Below the pieces are notes generated by a model that worked only from the letters and a program-made list of their open reading frames with translations, made no database searches and was not told where the DNA came from. From Psammoneis japonica (taxonomy: Eukaryota), in assembly GCA_008632985.1 (NCBI GenBank), contig QPGO01000062.1, forward strand, positions 310,001 to 374,000: a stretch of 64,000 bases of DNA, written 5' to 3'. This document shows, in pieces, positions 12,025-22,549 of the stretch. Position numbers and translations under genes: made by a program. Within the stretch, counting starts at the first letter, position 1. Each line of letters opens with the position of its first letter.

Positions 12025-13402
12025 TCATTTGAGAATATTCTTGACTCTGTGGACAACATTTTCCATGGCTTCTAGTGACAGTTTGCTCTTCTCGACCGCC
12101 GGAAATCTGTAATAGTGAATTTGAGGTTTCCACTCTGCCATTTCCGAAAACAAAGCAACGCCCCCACTAGAGGCAAATTCAATGACGGACGCCCCGTCTT
12201 GGAGAAACAAGAGGTTTGTCAAACCAGCACCGTGGTTTCCAATCAAGATTTGAGATTGCCGAATCAATCTAATTTGCTCGACAAAGTTGAACTCCTCCAA
12301 TCGTACCAGTTTGACAGTGGTGCCCCGAGTCGAATCTTGTACAAGTCGCCGCAGTTGATCCAAATTATCAATGACTCGTTCGGTATTTTCTGGTTTGGAA
12401 CGTGGATGAGCCATAAAGGGGACGCGTTCAATTATTGTAATGCGCCCCGCTTGCATAGCGACGTCGTCAAGACCTAGCGAATCAATGACAAACGTTTCAA
12501 AGGCCTTAATCAATAGTGGACATGGGTAAATCGGTCGACGTCTCGCCCAGAGCAGTGATGAATAACCCGGTGGAATCAAAATGGCTCGTGAAAAGCAAGT
12601 AGTAGTTGGCAAGTGTTTAACGTGTTGCACCTTGTGAAAGAGCAAACGCCAAATGTCATCCAGCGAGCCCTCGGCATGTCCATCCAAAAAGATCACATTG
12701 ACATTATTTTGTCGTGATGGCATTACCATGAATGCATTCAAGATATCCGTCATGGTGTGATAATAATTTGCGTATTCATACCGGGTGAGAAAGAGGGTGG
12801 GTGTCGTGACAGTCTCTTGGCACTGTGAGTTGGTGTCGACCGAAATGGCGTGAAGTATTTTTGCAATATATTGATAATATTGGTATTCAACCCTGTATCG
12901 AATCTCATCCGGAGGTATATCCAATGGCGTGGTCACAGTCAGGGCTCCAGGTTGGTAGACGGGGATCTCATTCTTTTCCACGTCGCGCTTTCCAAGTACA
13001 TCTGCCAATTTCTAAGAAAAGACGAGCGTAAACGGTTAGACCTCTGGCTAGACGCTACAACTAGTAACATGAATTGAGAAGCACAGCACATGACAAACGT
13101 ACCTCCCCACCATACTCGCAATCAATCAAGTCGACTTGAATACGCAAGTTCTCGATACCGCAATACAGCATTTGCGTCAGTTTTTGAGATCTACAGCCAT
13201 GTGTTGGTAGCGTCTCTTTAGGCAAGAGGTAACTGCACTTCTTGCTGTAATCTATTCTTGTCGGTACAATTGGGGACGACCGAGACACAATCAATTTCTT
13301 TTCTGTAGTCTTCCCCAACCTTGAAACGAGATGGACATTGACCAACACAAAGCAAACGAGAAACGCGGCGCTTGCACCAAGTACGTGACGAAACGTCGTC
13401 AT
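12025..13402 (-). CDS. Glycosyltransferase family 61-like type II membrane protein
   Basis: TRYEYANYYH, FLDGH and EQIRLIRQSQILIGNHGAGLTN motifs. N-terminal TM anchor. Intron 13102-13012 joins GGE|KLADVLG. Confidence 0.85.
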
Positions 13403-13889
13403 TCTTGTTAGAGGCTTTGTGCTGAGTGTGTCTATCGGTTTTCCTTCAACCTGATCATTTGTATATTGATGTAGCTCTCATGGTTTTTCTCAAAGCACTA
13501 ATATATTTGGCAAACGAATTGTGACTGCAATAACTCTCTTAAGCTCACTCATCGCTGTCAATTTTTCGCCGCGGCGCGCGTCGTGGCTGGTCGCAGGATT
13601 TTTGGAATTTTGATGTAGGCTGGCGCGATGTCAGTAGAAAATGTACCATAGCTACAGCATGTCGAGAGTCGAGAGTCGTGAGGAATATCGTGAGAACTCA
13701 TAGCATACCGGTAGGCCCTACACTTTATCAGACGGACGTTCGCCATTGCAACTAACAAATAAGCAAGCTGTGATGGTAAATGCTTGTGGGCCAGTTTGTC
13801 ATGGCGTCGTTGCTGTGAATTATCTATACCCGTTAGACAGAGAGTGCCGGGATATAATGAATCACTGATCTTTTGGACCGTTTCCCAGA

Positions 13890-15563
13890 GTGATGAGATT
13901 TCTTTCCCGACGATCACTCTTATCATCGAGCACAGTGTGCGGTTGGAGTTCCTCCACATTTTTCGTTCCGTCTTCTCCTCAAGCAGGACCGGCACTGAAA
14001 GATTTGCCTCCAGCACAAAGGCTGCCGGAATGGATGTCTTTACACGAAAAATCGCTTCTGAACGACATTGTGCAAGAGCACAGCTTTACATCTTTGATAG
14101 AATTGCAGAAAACATCTTTTCAACGCATTCGAGATTGCATCTCCTCTTCTAAAGCTCAAATTATCTTGATTGGAGATGCCACTCATGGTACGCAAGAGTT
14201 TTACGAGATTCGGAGTGAATTGACCAAGGCACTCATTCAAGACGGGATTGTTGACGCTGTGATGTGTGAGGGCGACGTTGGGCCATTTGTACACGTGAAT
14301 CGATACGTCGTGATGAGTGAGATTACCTCGAGTAGTAGTAGTAGTAGTAGTAGTAGCGGATCTTCTGGGGGCTGAATAATGCCATGGATTGTTTAAACAA
14401 TCGATTTCCGACATGGATGTGGGGCAATAATGTCATGCGCGAGTTTGTATCATGGATGCGAGAGTACAACGAGAAATCAGTGACTCGACGAGAGGCCCCG
14501 ATTCAGTTGCTTGGAATGGATATTTACAGCTTGTTTGAAAGTATCGAGGGTGTGTTGGACTACTTGAAGAGATATGGAAGCGAGATGAAGCTAAAGCTTG
14601 TGCAAAAGTGCTACAAGGCTTTGCAGAGTTTTCAACCAGACCCCAACTGTACGCCACAGCGGTTTTCAACAATGTCGTTGAGGCCCAGGAGGAGAATGTA
14701 AGACTTGCACTGAATGTGTTGGAGAGACATGAAGCGAAACTGCATGCCTCGTTTGTCAGTCAGTCACAAGAAATGGAACTATTTTACGCTCTTCAGAATG
14801 CTCGCGCCGTGAAGTCCGCCGAAGCATACTTTCGACTCTCTGCCAATCCTAGCGACAAGAGACAGAATGCAATAGACATGTGGAATTTGCGTGATGGGGC
14901 TTTTCTAGAGAATGTTCAACACACGATAGCCTTTCTGAAGCGTCAAAAGAGCGAAATAAAAGCACCTGTTTGTGTTGTGGTGTGGGCACATAATTCGCGT
15001 GTCGGAGACGCGAATGCAACGGACCATAGCGCAAAGGGTTATGCTAATCTATGCAGCATGTGTCGCCGTGAATTTGGAATTGAGAATGTGTACAGCATTG
15101 GAATGACAACATACAAAGGCTCCGTGCGAGCATCTAAGGAATGGGGTGATCCTGATGGAGTTGTGAAGTTCACGGAGGCGTTTGAAGGAAGTCACGAATA
15201 CTTTCTACATGTAATAGCCCAGGGACGGAGGGGAAAAGGTTTTGGCTTCTCGCTGACAAACGGTGTGAATACATTGACTCTAAGGCTCAGAAGCTATTTG
15301 ATGTGAATCGCTTGGAGCGATTTGTTGGTGTAAGCTACGCGCCGACGACGGAGCTAAGGTCTCACTACGGCGTTTGCAATCTCAGCAGGCAGTTTGATTA
15401 TTTGATTCACATTGATAAATCTACAGCTCTTCGTGTTAATTCAGTCAGTAAAGGAAGACAGAGAATGCGCAGTCGAAAGATGGATAACGCATTGGAGGAC
15501 CTTGCGCGACAGAATGGGATAGCATGCTTCTCGACAAGTACGGCAGTAGCACAAACTACATAG
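13890..15563 (+). CDS. Erythromycin esterase (EreA/EreB-like) family protein, broken into four frames
   Basis: Collinear motifs IGDATHGTQEFY, RFPTWMWGN, GMDIYSL, WNLRD, VVWAHNS, LERFVGVSY and QFDYLIHID. Breaks fall at a G-run (about 14370), a C-run (about 14642) and about 15300. Start position uncertain. Confidence 0.8.
14331..14356. repeat. (AGT)n microsatellite encoding poly-Ser
   Basis: Seen directly. Confidence 0.9.
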
Positions 15564-16120
15564 ACCTATTTGAGAGGAGTGAGAACAGGGAAAGCGAATG
15601 ACCGCTATTGGGGACAGGGGTTGACAAGTCTACAAGACATGGTGAACAGACTACTCGCTTTCTAAAGAGGGTGCATATTTCAAGCTCCTTCTTGAGACAA
15701 GGAGTATGGAATGTCGTGCTTGCAACCCTGGCACGTGCTATCGATACTACAAGCGTACTGTCCGATCGAAATCCAGACGCAACACGCGCAAGAACCATCT
15801 CCATCGCAAGATTTATCTCCAACTGCGAAAAGCCCATGGCGAACGCCATCGCCACTGCACGACAAACTTCCAACAGTGCTATGAAGCATACATCTGCAGG
15901 TAGAATCTCCGTTGCAACAGCGTTCGCAATAGAGGTGGCAAATACACTGTCACAAGCAGAATCGCCATGGCACAAGAGATTTCCGACGGTGGTGTTGTGG
16001 ACGTTCTTGCAGGCGTTCTCGCCCATGCACGAACCCATGTGTTACTGCAAGTGCTCTACCCGTCGCATTCTTCTGCTGGAGGGTAGATCCACGTATGTAG
16101 GAATGTCAACACTCGCATGA
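15556..16120 (-). pseudogene. Fragmented Cys-rich repeat protein (xGxxSCxGxxAC-type repeats)
   Basis: SCMGENACK, LCHGDSACD, SCSGDGVRH and SCDGDGSCA occur in alternating frames. No clean gene model. Confidence 0.45.
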
Positions 16121-16146
16121 CGCCCCGACTTCGCACTATGACTCCA

Positions 16147-17670
16147 TCAATTTGTCTTCGAGACCGAAGAGGCTTCCAGCGTTTCTTGAGACGATCCGTC
16201 TTCAATGCAGGCAACAAGACAAAAGTTCCAGAAAGATCGCGGAGACACCAAAACTAGTTGAAGCAAACTCAACATCACAAAGCTTCCGTATGTCAGCAAT
16301 TCTGCATTCAGATATTCTGGTGCACCTACTTGAGCTCCCGACAAAACAGCGTCAAGGTCGCGAGGAACGATCTGAGAGCCAAAAAATACAATGTGTGTGA
16401 TGCAAAGCCAGGACTGAAACTTGATCGAGTTCCGATACAAATCCAAGCCACCTGCGCCAGCAACGCCAAAGAGACGATCGAACTTTGTAACTGCCGGTTT
16501 AGCCCAGAGAGCTTCGATTGGCTTAACCCAAAATGGGGATGAATCAAACTTCTCTAAAAGTAGATCAACATCAATGGGTGGTTGAATGATCTCCACTTGC
16601 CCCGTAGATGAGTTCAGTCCGAGTCTCGGCAGGGTCATGTACTTGATCTCTGTCATTTTCCAGCAATTCCAAATGCCCCAGACCGTGGATAACAACACAG
16701 TAAATAATGATGGTATGATGGCCCACGGCGTCGAGAGAAAGAAGCCGGAACTCTCGAATGCGTTTGGAGAGTTGGCATTGATTACTTCGTGAGATAAATC
16801 GATCGAGTTCGCCAACGCCAAGGCCGGAATCAAGTAAATCCATGTGACAGGCGAGAGCTCAACGAGCTCTAGCAAATTATCTGCAAAAGCATTTTGAATA
16901 TACTTTTCGATCCGGAAGGTGTTAGGAAGGTCGTTCTTTTCAACCAGTAGACTTCGCAAGAGTAGAACCTTGCCTGCTCTTTCTTCGGTGGACATCATGA
17001 TTTCGTCCCACAAACTTTCTTTTGGCAGCTCTTCTTTGCTGGAAACAATAGGAAGATACTGCTCGAGTTTCTCAGCAGTAACCGTACAAGCTCCACTGAC
17101 TTTATCAACCTGCAGCTCTTCTACTGTTTCGATCTCTGCTAACTTTTTCAATCCGAGGGCAACCATGGCTCCAGCCGCAACAAAGAATCCAATACCCACT
17201 TGAAAGAAGGCGTTGTGTAAGAACTCAAACGTCTCAATCAGGATTTCGCCTTCTCCAAAGAGTTTGATACTGATCTCTTCTAAAAATTCTCGATTCGCAG
17301 GTCCAAACGTTTGCAAAATGAGTCCAATAAATCCAAGGCCACCAATTTCTGCGAGGATTGATTCTACGACCGGACGAAGAGGTTTACCGACAGCTTCTCG
17401 AGTCCATTCCACAGACTCTTCCCAAAGATAGAGCAATCCCACAATAACAAACATGATTGCTGAAGATCCTAGCACTGGCAAGAGCGGGTTTTCGTTTGCA
17501 AGCAACGTAGATGCAAACGCTGAACCGTGAAAAGCATTCAATTGGGTCGCATCGGTTGGCAAGAATTCATGCGAATGCTTGTGCGAATGAAAGTTCTTCA
17601 GCTTTGTCGCTGGAGGCGCAAAGGCCATCGTCAAAGGAAGTACCAAGCAAAGAGCCGTTGGTTTCATCAT
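16147..17670 (-). CDS. Multi-pass membrane protein, MLO-like, with a bipartite presequence
   Basis: MMKPTALCLVLPLTMA-FAPP presequence. ESILAEIGGLGFIGLIL and FEFLHNAFF resemble the MLO motifs ELMLLGFISLLL and LHIFIF. About 7 hydrophobic segments. Confidence 0.6.
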   Translation of the reverse strand: MMKPTALCLVLPLTMAFAPPATKLKNFHSHKHSHEFLPTDATQLNAFHGSAFASTLLANENPLLPVLGSSAIMFVIVGLLYLWEESVEWTREAVGKPLRPVVESILAEIGGLGFIGLILQTFGPANREFLEEISIKLFGEGEILIETFEFLHNAFFQVGIGFFVAAGAMVALGLKKLAEIETVEELQVDKVSGACTVTAEKLEQYLPIVSSKEELPKESLWDEIMMSTEERAGKVLLLRSLLVEKNDLPNTFRIEKYIQNAFADNLLELVELSPVTWIYLIPALALANSIDLSHEVINANSPNAFESSGFFLSTPWAIIPSLFTVLLSTVWGIWNCWKMTEIKYMTLPRLGLNSSTGQVEIIQPPIDVDLLLEKFDSSPFWVKPIEALWAKPAVTKFDRLFGVAGAGGLDLYRNSIKFQSWLCITHIVFFGSQIVPRDLDAVLSGAQVGAPEYLNAELLTYGSFVMLSLLQLVLVSPRSFWNFCLVACIEDGSSQETLEASSVSKTN

Positions 17671-18038
17671 GATCAGTTCACAACAACAAAAAGTAAGTGT
17701 GAGACATTTGCCATTGCCATTTGCCACCAACATCATCATCTGACATCGCCGTTCGCCGAGCGAATGAATCGCTCGAAATGCCGATCAATGACGTCATTTT
17801 TCCCGTGCGATTCTATTCTAGTCGTATTCGCGATCTATCTTGTCGTGCACAAGATTCGATCCGCCACCACAAGATTATTGTTATTTCTTCTTCTGGCTTT
17901 TGTTGGAGGATTGGGTACAGTACGAGGATACGGCCGAATAGAACTTGGAAAACACGTCGTTAATACCGAGTCGAGCTTCTCGATTTAAGCTTGTTGTTCG
18001 AGGTCTGTGTTGTTTTGTAATGGTAGTAAAGGATCGAC

Positions 18039-19118
18039 TTAGGCATCCAGCTTACAATCCAAAGTGCAATTATGGCCAGTAATCGTGATGCCTTGAGGTC
18101 CCAAATCTGAAGTTCCCTTGAAGGGCGCTCCAACGTAGTAACGCTCATCTTCGTTTCGAGGCCCCAAGGGAAACTCTCGACAGGTCTTGGCGCCAAATTC
18201 AAGACAACGGAAATAGAACATGTCGTGCTCCATTGTTTTGTCCTTGACAAGAGGCCAGACGTAGTCAGCCAGAAAGCCCTGATCTTCACCGCAACAAAGC
18301 GGATTCTCACCATGGTCATCTGTGAGTGCATTTTCCATCGATCGAGTCATAGTTGTGTTGTGCCTATCAAGCAGTCCTCGCTTCATAGCAAATGTTCCGG
18401 CCATTACTTCGATATTGTGAGCTGGATGATCTCGCATTACATGAAAGAGGTGTTCCTTGGAACCCAAAAATTCATTAACTGCCATGAGCTCTCGTAGTGA
18501 AAACCGACTGTCCACATCTCGCACCAAAGTTTGCATAACGGTTGGGTCGTCCAAAGCTAAAAAACGATGCATGGCCATTCTGAACGTCGTATTATGTTGA
18601 ATACATTGTACCATTTCCACGTTGTCATGTTGGATCAACTCTTGTGTAAGCTCGGGTGACACATTTGTTCCATATATTCGAACGATCCAGTCCGGGTAAT
18701 ACTGTTTGGCTGTTGTAGCTTGGATTCTCATACCCTCCTTCACCCAGTCTGGAATATGTCCCACGGCATCGTCTGCGTTGACAGGAGCAAAGACGGCGAA
18801 ACTTATAATCTTTTTGTTCTGATTCCATGTTTGTTTTTCTCCAACAATGCGAGGGTCACAATATTCTCCGTACAGTGATTCGTGATTTGCTTCGGTTTTT
18901 GGTGACGGTGATGGTGATGGATCTCGCTTTTTTGTCGCTCGCGCTGAATCTGGCGCATCACAGTTGCATTCGATTGTTATTGTTTGGATAGGAAATAAGA
19001 GAAACTGCATCAGCGACAATGACAATGAGAATCCAAGCGTGAAAGCCAAGACGACACTACGACTTATTGCCATGCCTGATCTCGTCATTCCGCCCCAACG
19101 TGTGTCGGTGTATGCCAT
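18039..19118 (-). CDS. Type II membrane putative glycosyltransferase (RDxDSR / MRDHPxH family)
   Basis: TM anchor and the motifs KIISF, YPDWIVRIY, HRFLALDD, VRDVDSR (DxD), HVMRDHPAH and DQGFL. Confidence 0.65.
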   Translation of the reverse strand: MAYTDTRWGGMTRSGMAISRSVVLAFTLGFSLSLSLMQFLLFPIQTITIECNCDAPDSARATKKRDPSPSPSPKTEANHESLYGEYCDPRIVGEKQTWNQNKKIISFAVFAPVNADDAVGHIPDWVKEGMRIQATTAKQYYPDWIVRIYGTNVSPELTQELIQHDNVEMVQCIQHNTTFRMAMHRFLALDDPTVMQTLVRDVDSRFSLRELMAVNEFLGSKEHLFHVMRDHPAHNIEVMAGTFAMKRGLLDRHNTTMTRSMENALTDDHGENPLCCGEDQGFLADYVWPLVKDKTMEHDMFYFRCLEFGAKTCREFPLGPRNEDERYYVGAPFKGTSDLGPQGITITGHNCTLDCKLDA

Positions 19119-19199
19119 CGCGTCGACATCTCAAAGAGACCTTGCGACTTGCGAAGTTAGTTGCTGTTTTGGTTTTGAGCCTCGCATCATCAAAATACT

Positions 19200-22100
19200 T
19201 CCACGTGGAAGCAAAAGAGCCTTTTTGAGAGAAGACGAGATCCCGCCAGATCTTCGCAAACAACGGTGCTGTGACAAACAAGTCAACCAAACAAACAAGA
19301 ATCAGCGCTTCAAGACCTGTGCAAATCTCCACCAAAAATGGTGCGAAAAAGGATCACCTGTGGTCACTGCCAAACGCCGCAGATTGGCAGCAAGCGCACA
19401 CCCATCAAAAATGTTTGGGTCTGTCTCGATGTGGCAATGCAAGCCGGCTCGAGTGTCTCTTCAACAACTCATGTTTTGAACAAGGGTGTGAGGATGTTTC
19501 AGAAGGTCACAAGCTCTTTGGCAGTCTGAGATGGCTTCATGCTAAAATGGTGGGAGAGGAGAAAGTTTGTTCGTTTGTGGGTCGACACCCTGGGCCCAAT
19601 GATGGGGCATGTCGAACACTGTGCGAACATCAATGTGTCAAAGCAAAATGACAAAACACCGTTGAATGAGTTGTTGCCTCTGTTGCCAGAAGAGAAGATT
19701 CAAGTGGGGATCTTGTGGCCAGTCTCAAAGCTGTGCTTCTGGTGCAAATGACAGCCCAGGTGTGTTGACAGATCAAGAATGAGCTGCACAAATTGTCAGA
19801 GATGCTGCACCGGATGGCAATTTTGAATGTGGACAAATCTGCTTGCAGCACTTGTCACCTCTTGTCAATTCTGCTGTTCTCTTGCTGGCACATTTTGTGA
19901 GCCAGGTGATGGGGCCAGAAAACTTTCAGCTCTGTGAAAACAACACTGAGGATGAGGTGCAATCCACAGCCCACCGCCATTGCTTGTGAATGTTGGAGAG
20001 GTGGCCATTTGGCTGTTCATTTGGCTCACCTTCAACAGAGACAACAATGGAGGCCCTGTCTGACTCAGGAACAGCAACACAATTCAACCAAAAGACGTGT
20101 GGCTTGCCCAAAGAAAGTTCTCCACCTTTGTCATGAACCAACGCTCAGCCAGATTTCTCTGTTCTCAATTGGAAGAGAGTGGCTGGATGAGAAAAAAATT
20201 TTGGAGCTTGCAGCAGATTGCACATCCAAAACATGTCTTGTTTGCAATGGCACATGGGGCACATCTTCCTTCCTCCAAAGCCATGTCCAATGAGAGTGGC
20301 CCTTGGTTCATCAAGGAGGTCCACAAAAATGGGGGGCAGGGCCACTCAACTGTGCCACCATTTGACGGATGTTTTGTCACTGACAGACCAAAGTGGATGC
20401 TTTGTCATGCAACAGCATGTCCACAATCCTCTTCTTGCCAACAATGGGCACAAGTGTCATGTCAAGCTTTGCAGTTTGGCTGTTTGCACTGGTCAAGGCA
20501 GTGAGTGGGAAGCGCACATTGTTCTTGGCCGACTTTTGGTCGACTTGAATGGCAGAATGTGGCTGGCAGATTTCAACTTCACACCCATCCTCCATGATCC
20601 AATCCAGGCAGCCAATGAATCAAACTGAACAACCAAGGGTCTAAAAACCCATTTTGAACTTCACAAAAAAAGCTTGGAGATGGCTTTGAAGTCAATGATG
20701 GTGCTGCAGACAGTGATGTGATTGCAATGATCTCCGGTGGTTCCATTGACCGGAAATTGAGCACCTCCAGTGATGAGAAGTCATCAACCACTGGCTGGAA
20801 TCTCTCCCTGAGAATGGCAAAATTGCAGCTCTTCTTTGGTGTGTTTGAGCAAGCTGGTGCAAGAACTGAGAAGGTCAGGTTTTTGCCACATCATTGAGCT
20901 GCAACAAGGACCGGACAGTGCTGGTCATTGTCAATGTCATCTGAACAGGAATTTGATGCAAACAATCTGCAGCTGTGCATTCTGCTCAGCAGGCAAGGGC
21001 CAATGGGCCAAATTTCTGGTGGGACAAGTGTGCCTGAATTCCACAACCTTGCAAGCAAGATTCGATGAATTTTTATAATGCAAAAGTGGAGCCACTGAAG
21101 TTGTGAAGTCCATCAGTGAGATTGCAGCCATGTTGTCTCCAACCCCAAAAGAAAAATTTGTGTCAAATGCCTCAAAAGTGGTGAAACCTTGCAAACAGCA
21201 ACTGCAGCAATGGCTCCACATGGCATTGGGTGGCCATGCTTTTCAATGAACACCAGTCCACTGCTTTGCTGTTGTCGGCTGTTCTGCATTTTCAACACAG
21301 GCTTGGCTCCTTTGCCAGACCAGAGTGGCACCTCACTTGTCTTTGTCATCATGTCCATTGCTGCCTTCTTCTTCTTCTTCTTCTTCTTCTCCATTGTTGT
21401 TCTGTTTTTCTTCCTTTTCCTCTTCCTCACTGTCCTCATTGTTGCTGGAAAGCTTTGGCATTGCTCATGTTCTTGCCTCCATCTGCATTGTTTTTTTTGT
21501 TGGTTTTTGCTTCCTTGCCCTTTTCATCTCTCTCCCTCCTCTTCTTGCCATTGCTGCACCCCATTTTGAGCTGCGCTCCTTCTGTGTGCAAGGGCACCAG
21601 TGTTTTTCCCTTCTCCTTTTGTTCCCTTTGTCATTTCCCTCTCAAATGTTCTCGCCCTTCATGGCCTTGTGCTCCCAAATCTTCCAGTGGTTCTGCAATG
21701 TCATCAGCCCCCAAGCCTCATTGTTTGCCACAGTTGGCTCTGCAGCCTTGGCATTTCCAGACTCCACCATCTTTCTCCACACTGCAGTGCTCTTTGTGAA
21801 TTTTAGAACATTGTCATGGAGCCATGTGCGTGCTTCCTTGTTGGTCTGCTTCTCACACACAATGGTGCCCACTGTTTTGTCAATCTCTCTCCTCAGAGAT
21901 TGGTGATCTCCAGCAGCTCCCGCCTGCAACAACACCGCCACCAACCTTGGGCTGTTTGGCAGATCTTCAGAAGCCACCTTCTTCCTTTTTTCTTCCTTGG
22001 CATTGCCTCTGCAGGTTGCAATTTGTTGCAGACTTGTGCTGCAGCAACTGTTTGTGCAGCTGATTCTGACAAGGAGGATGACCACCACTGCATTTTTTCA

Positions 22101-22540
22101 AACCTCTTAAATTTGAGATGCTCTCACCAGCTTTTCTTTTTTTGGCAATCAAATGTTCCATTTAAACACAACTCACAACTGCAAGCAGACATTTTCAACA
22201 TTAAATTTGTTGTCAATGTGCATGTGTCGTCAATGTGCATGTGTCCAAAACCAACCAAAATGCACACACAAATGTTTGCACCTGTGAAAGTTTTTGTTTG
22301 TGGAGTGAACTGGTTGCACACAGCCTTCCCGCCATTTTCACATTTTCTTCTCAATGTGGCACCACCACAATTTTCTTCCAACCCAATTCTTCCAACTCAT
22401 CTTTCTCCAAATGGGCAAAGCTGAAATTGCTGCACCACCCATGGTGAGAACAACCAGTGATGTGATCAAACACACTTCTCACCTCACCAACACAATTCAC
22501 AAAATGCTCCATGTGGGGTTGTGACAGAGTCTCTCTTTCT
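19200..22540. other. Decayed repeat-derived block depleted of both TpA and CpG; includes a minus-strand remnant (about 21400-22090) of an 'EAxxL...N.W' family protein
   Basis: Very few TA or CG by eye. TVANNEAWGLMTLQNHWKIW resembles SVSSEAFALPVHLNCC in the 31151 ORF. (TTC)n at 21366-21391. Confidence 0.55.
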
Positions 22541-22549
22541 TTTGTTTGT

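Noticed and set aside
13558..14152. ORFs 13558-14016 (-) and 13784-14152 (+)
   Set aside because: No motifs, non-ATG starts, and overlap with the esterase 5' region.
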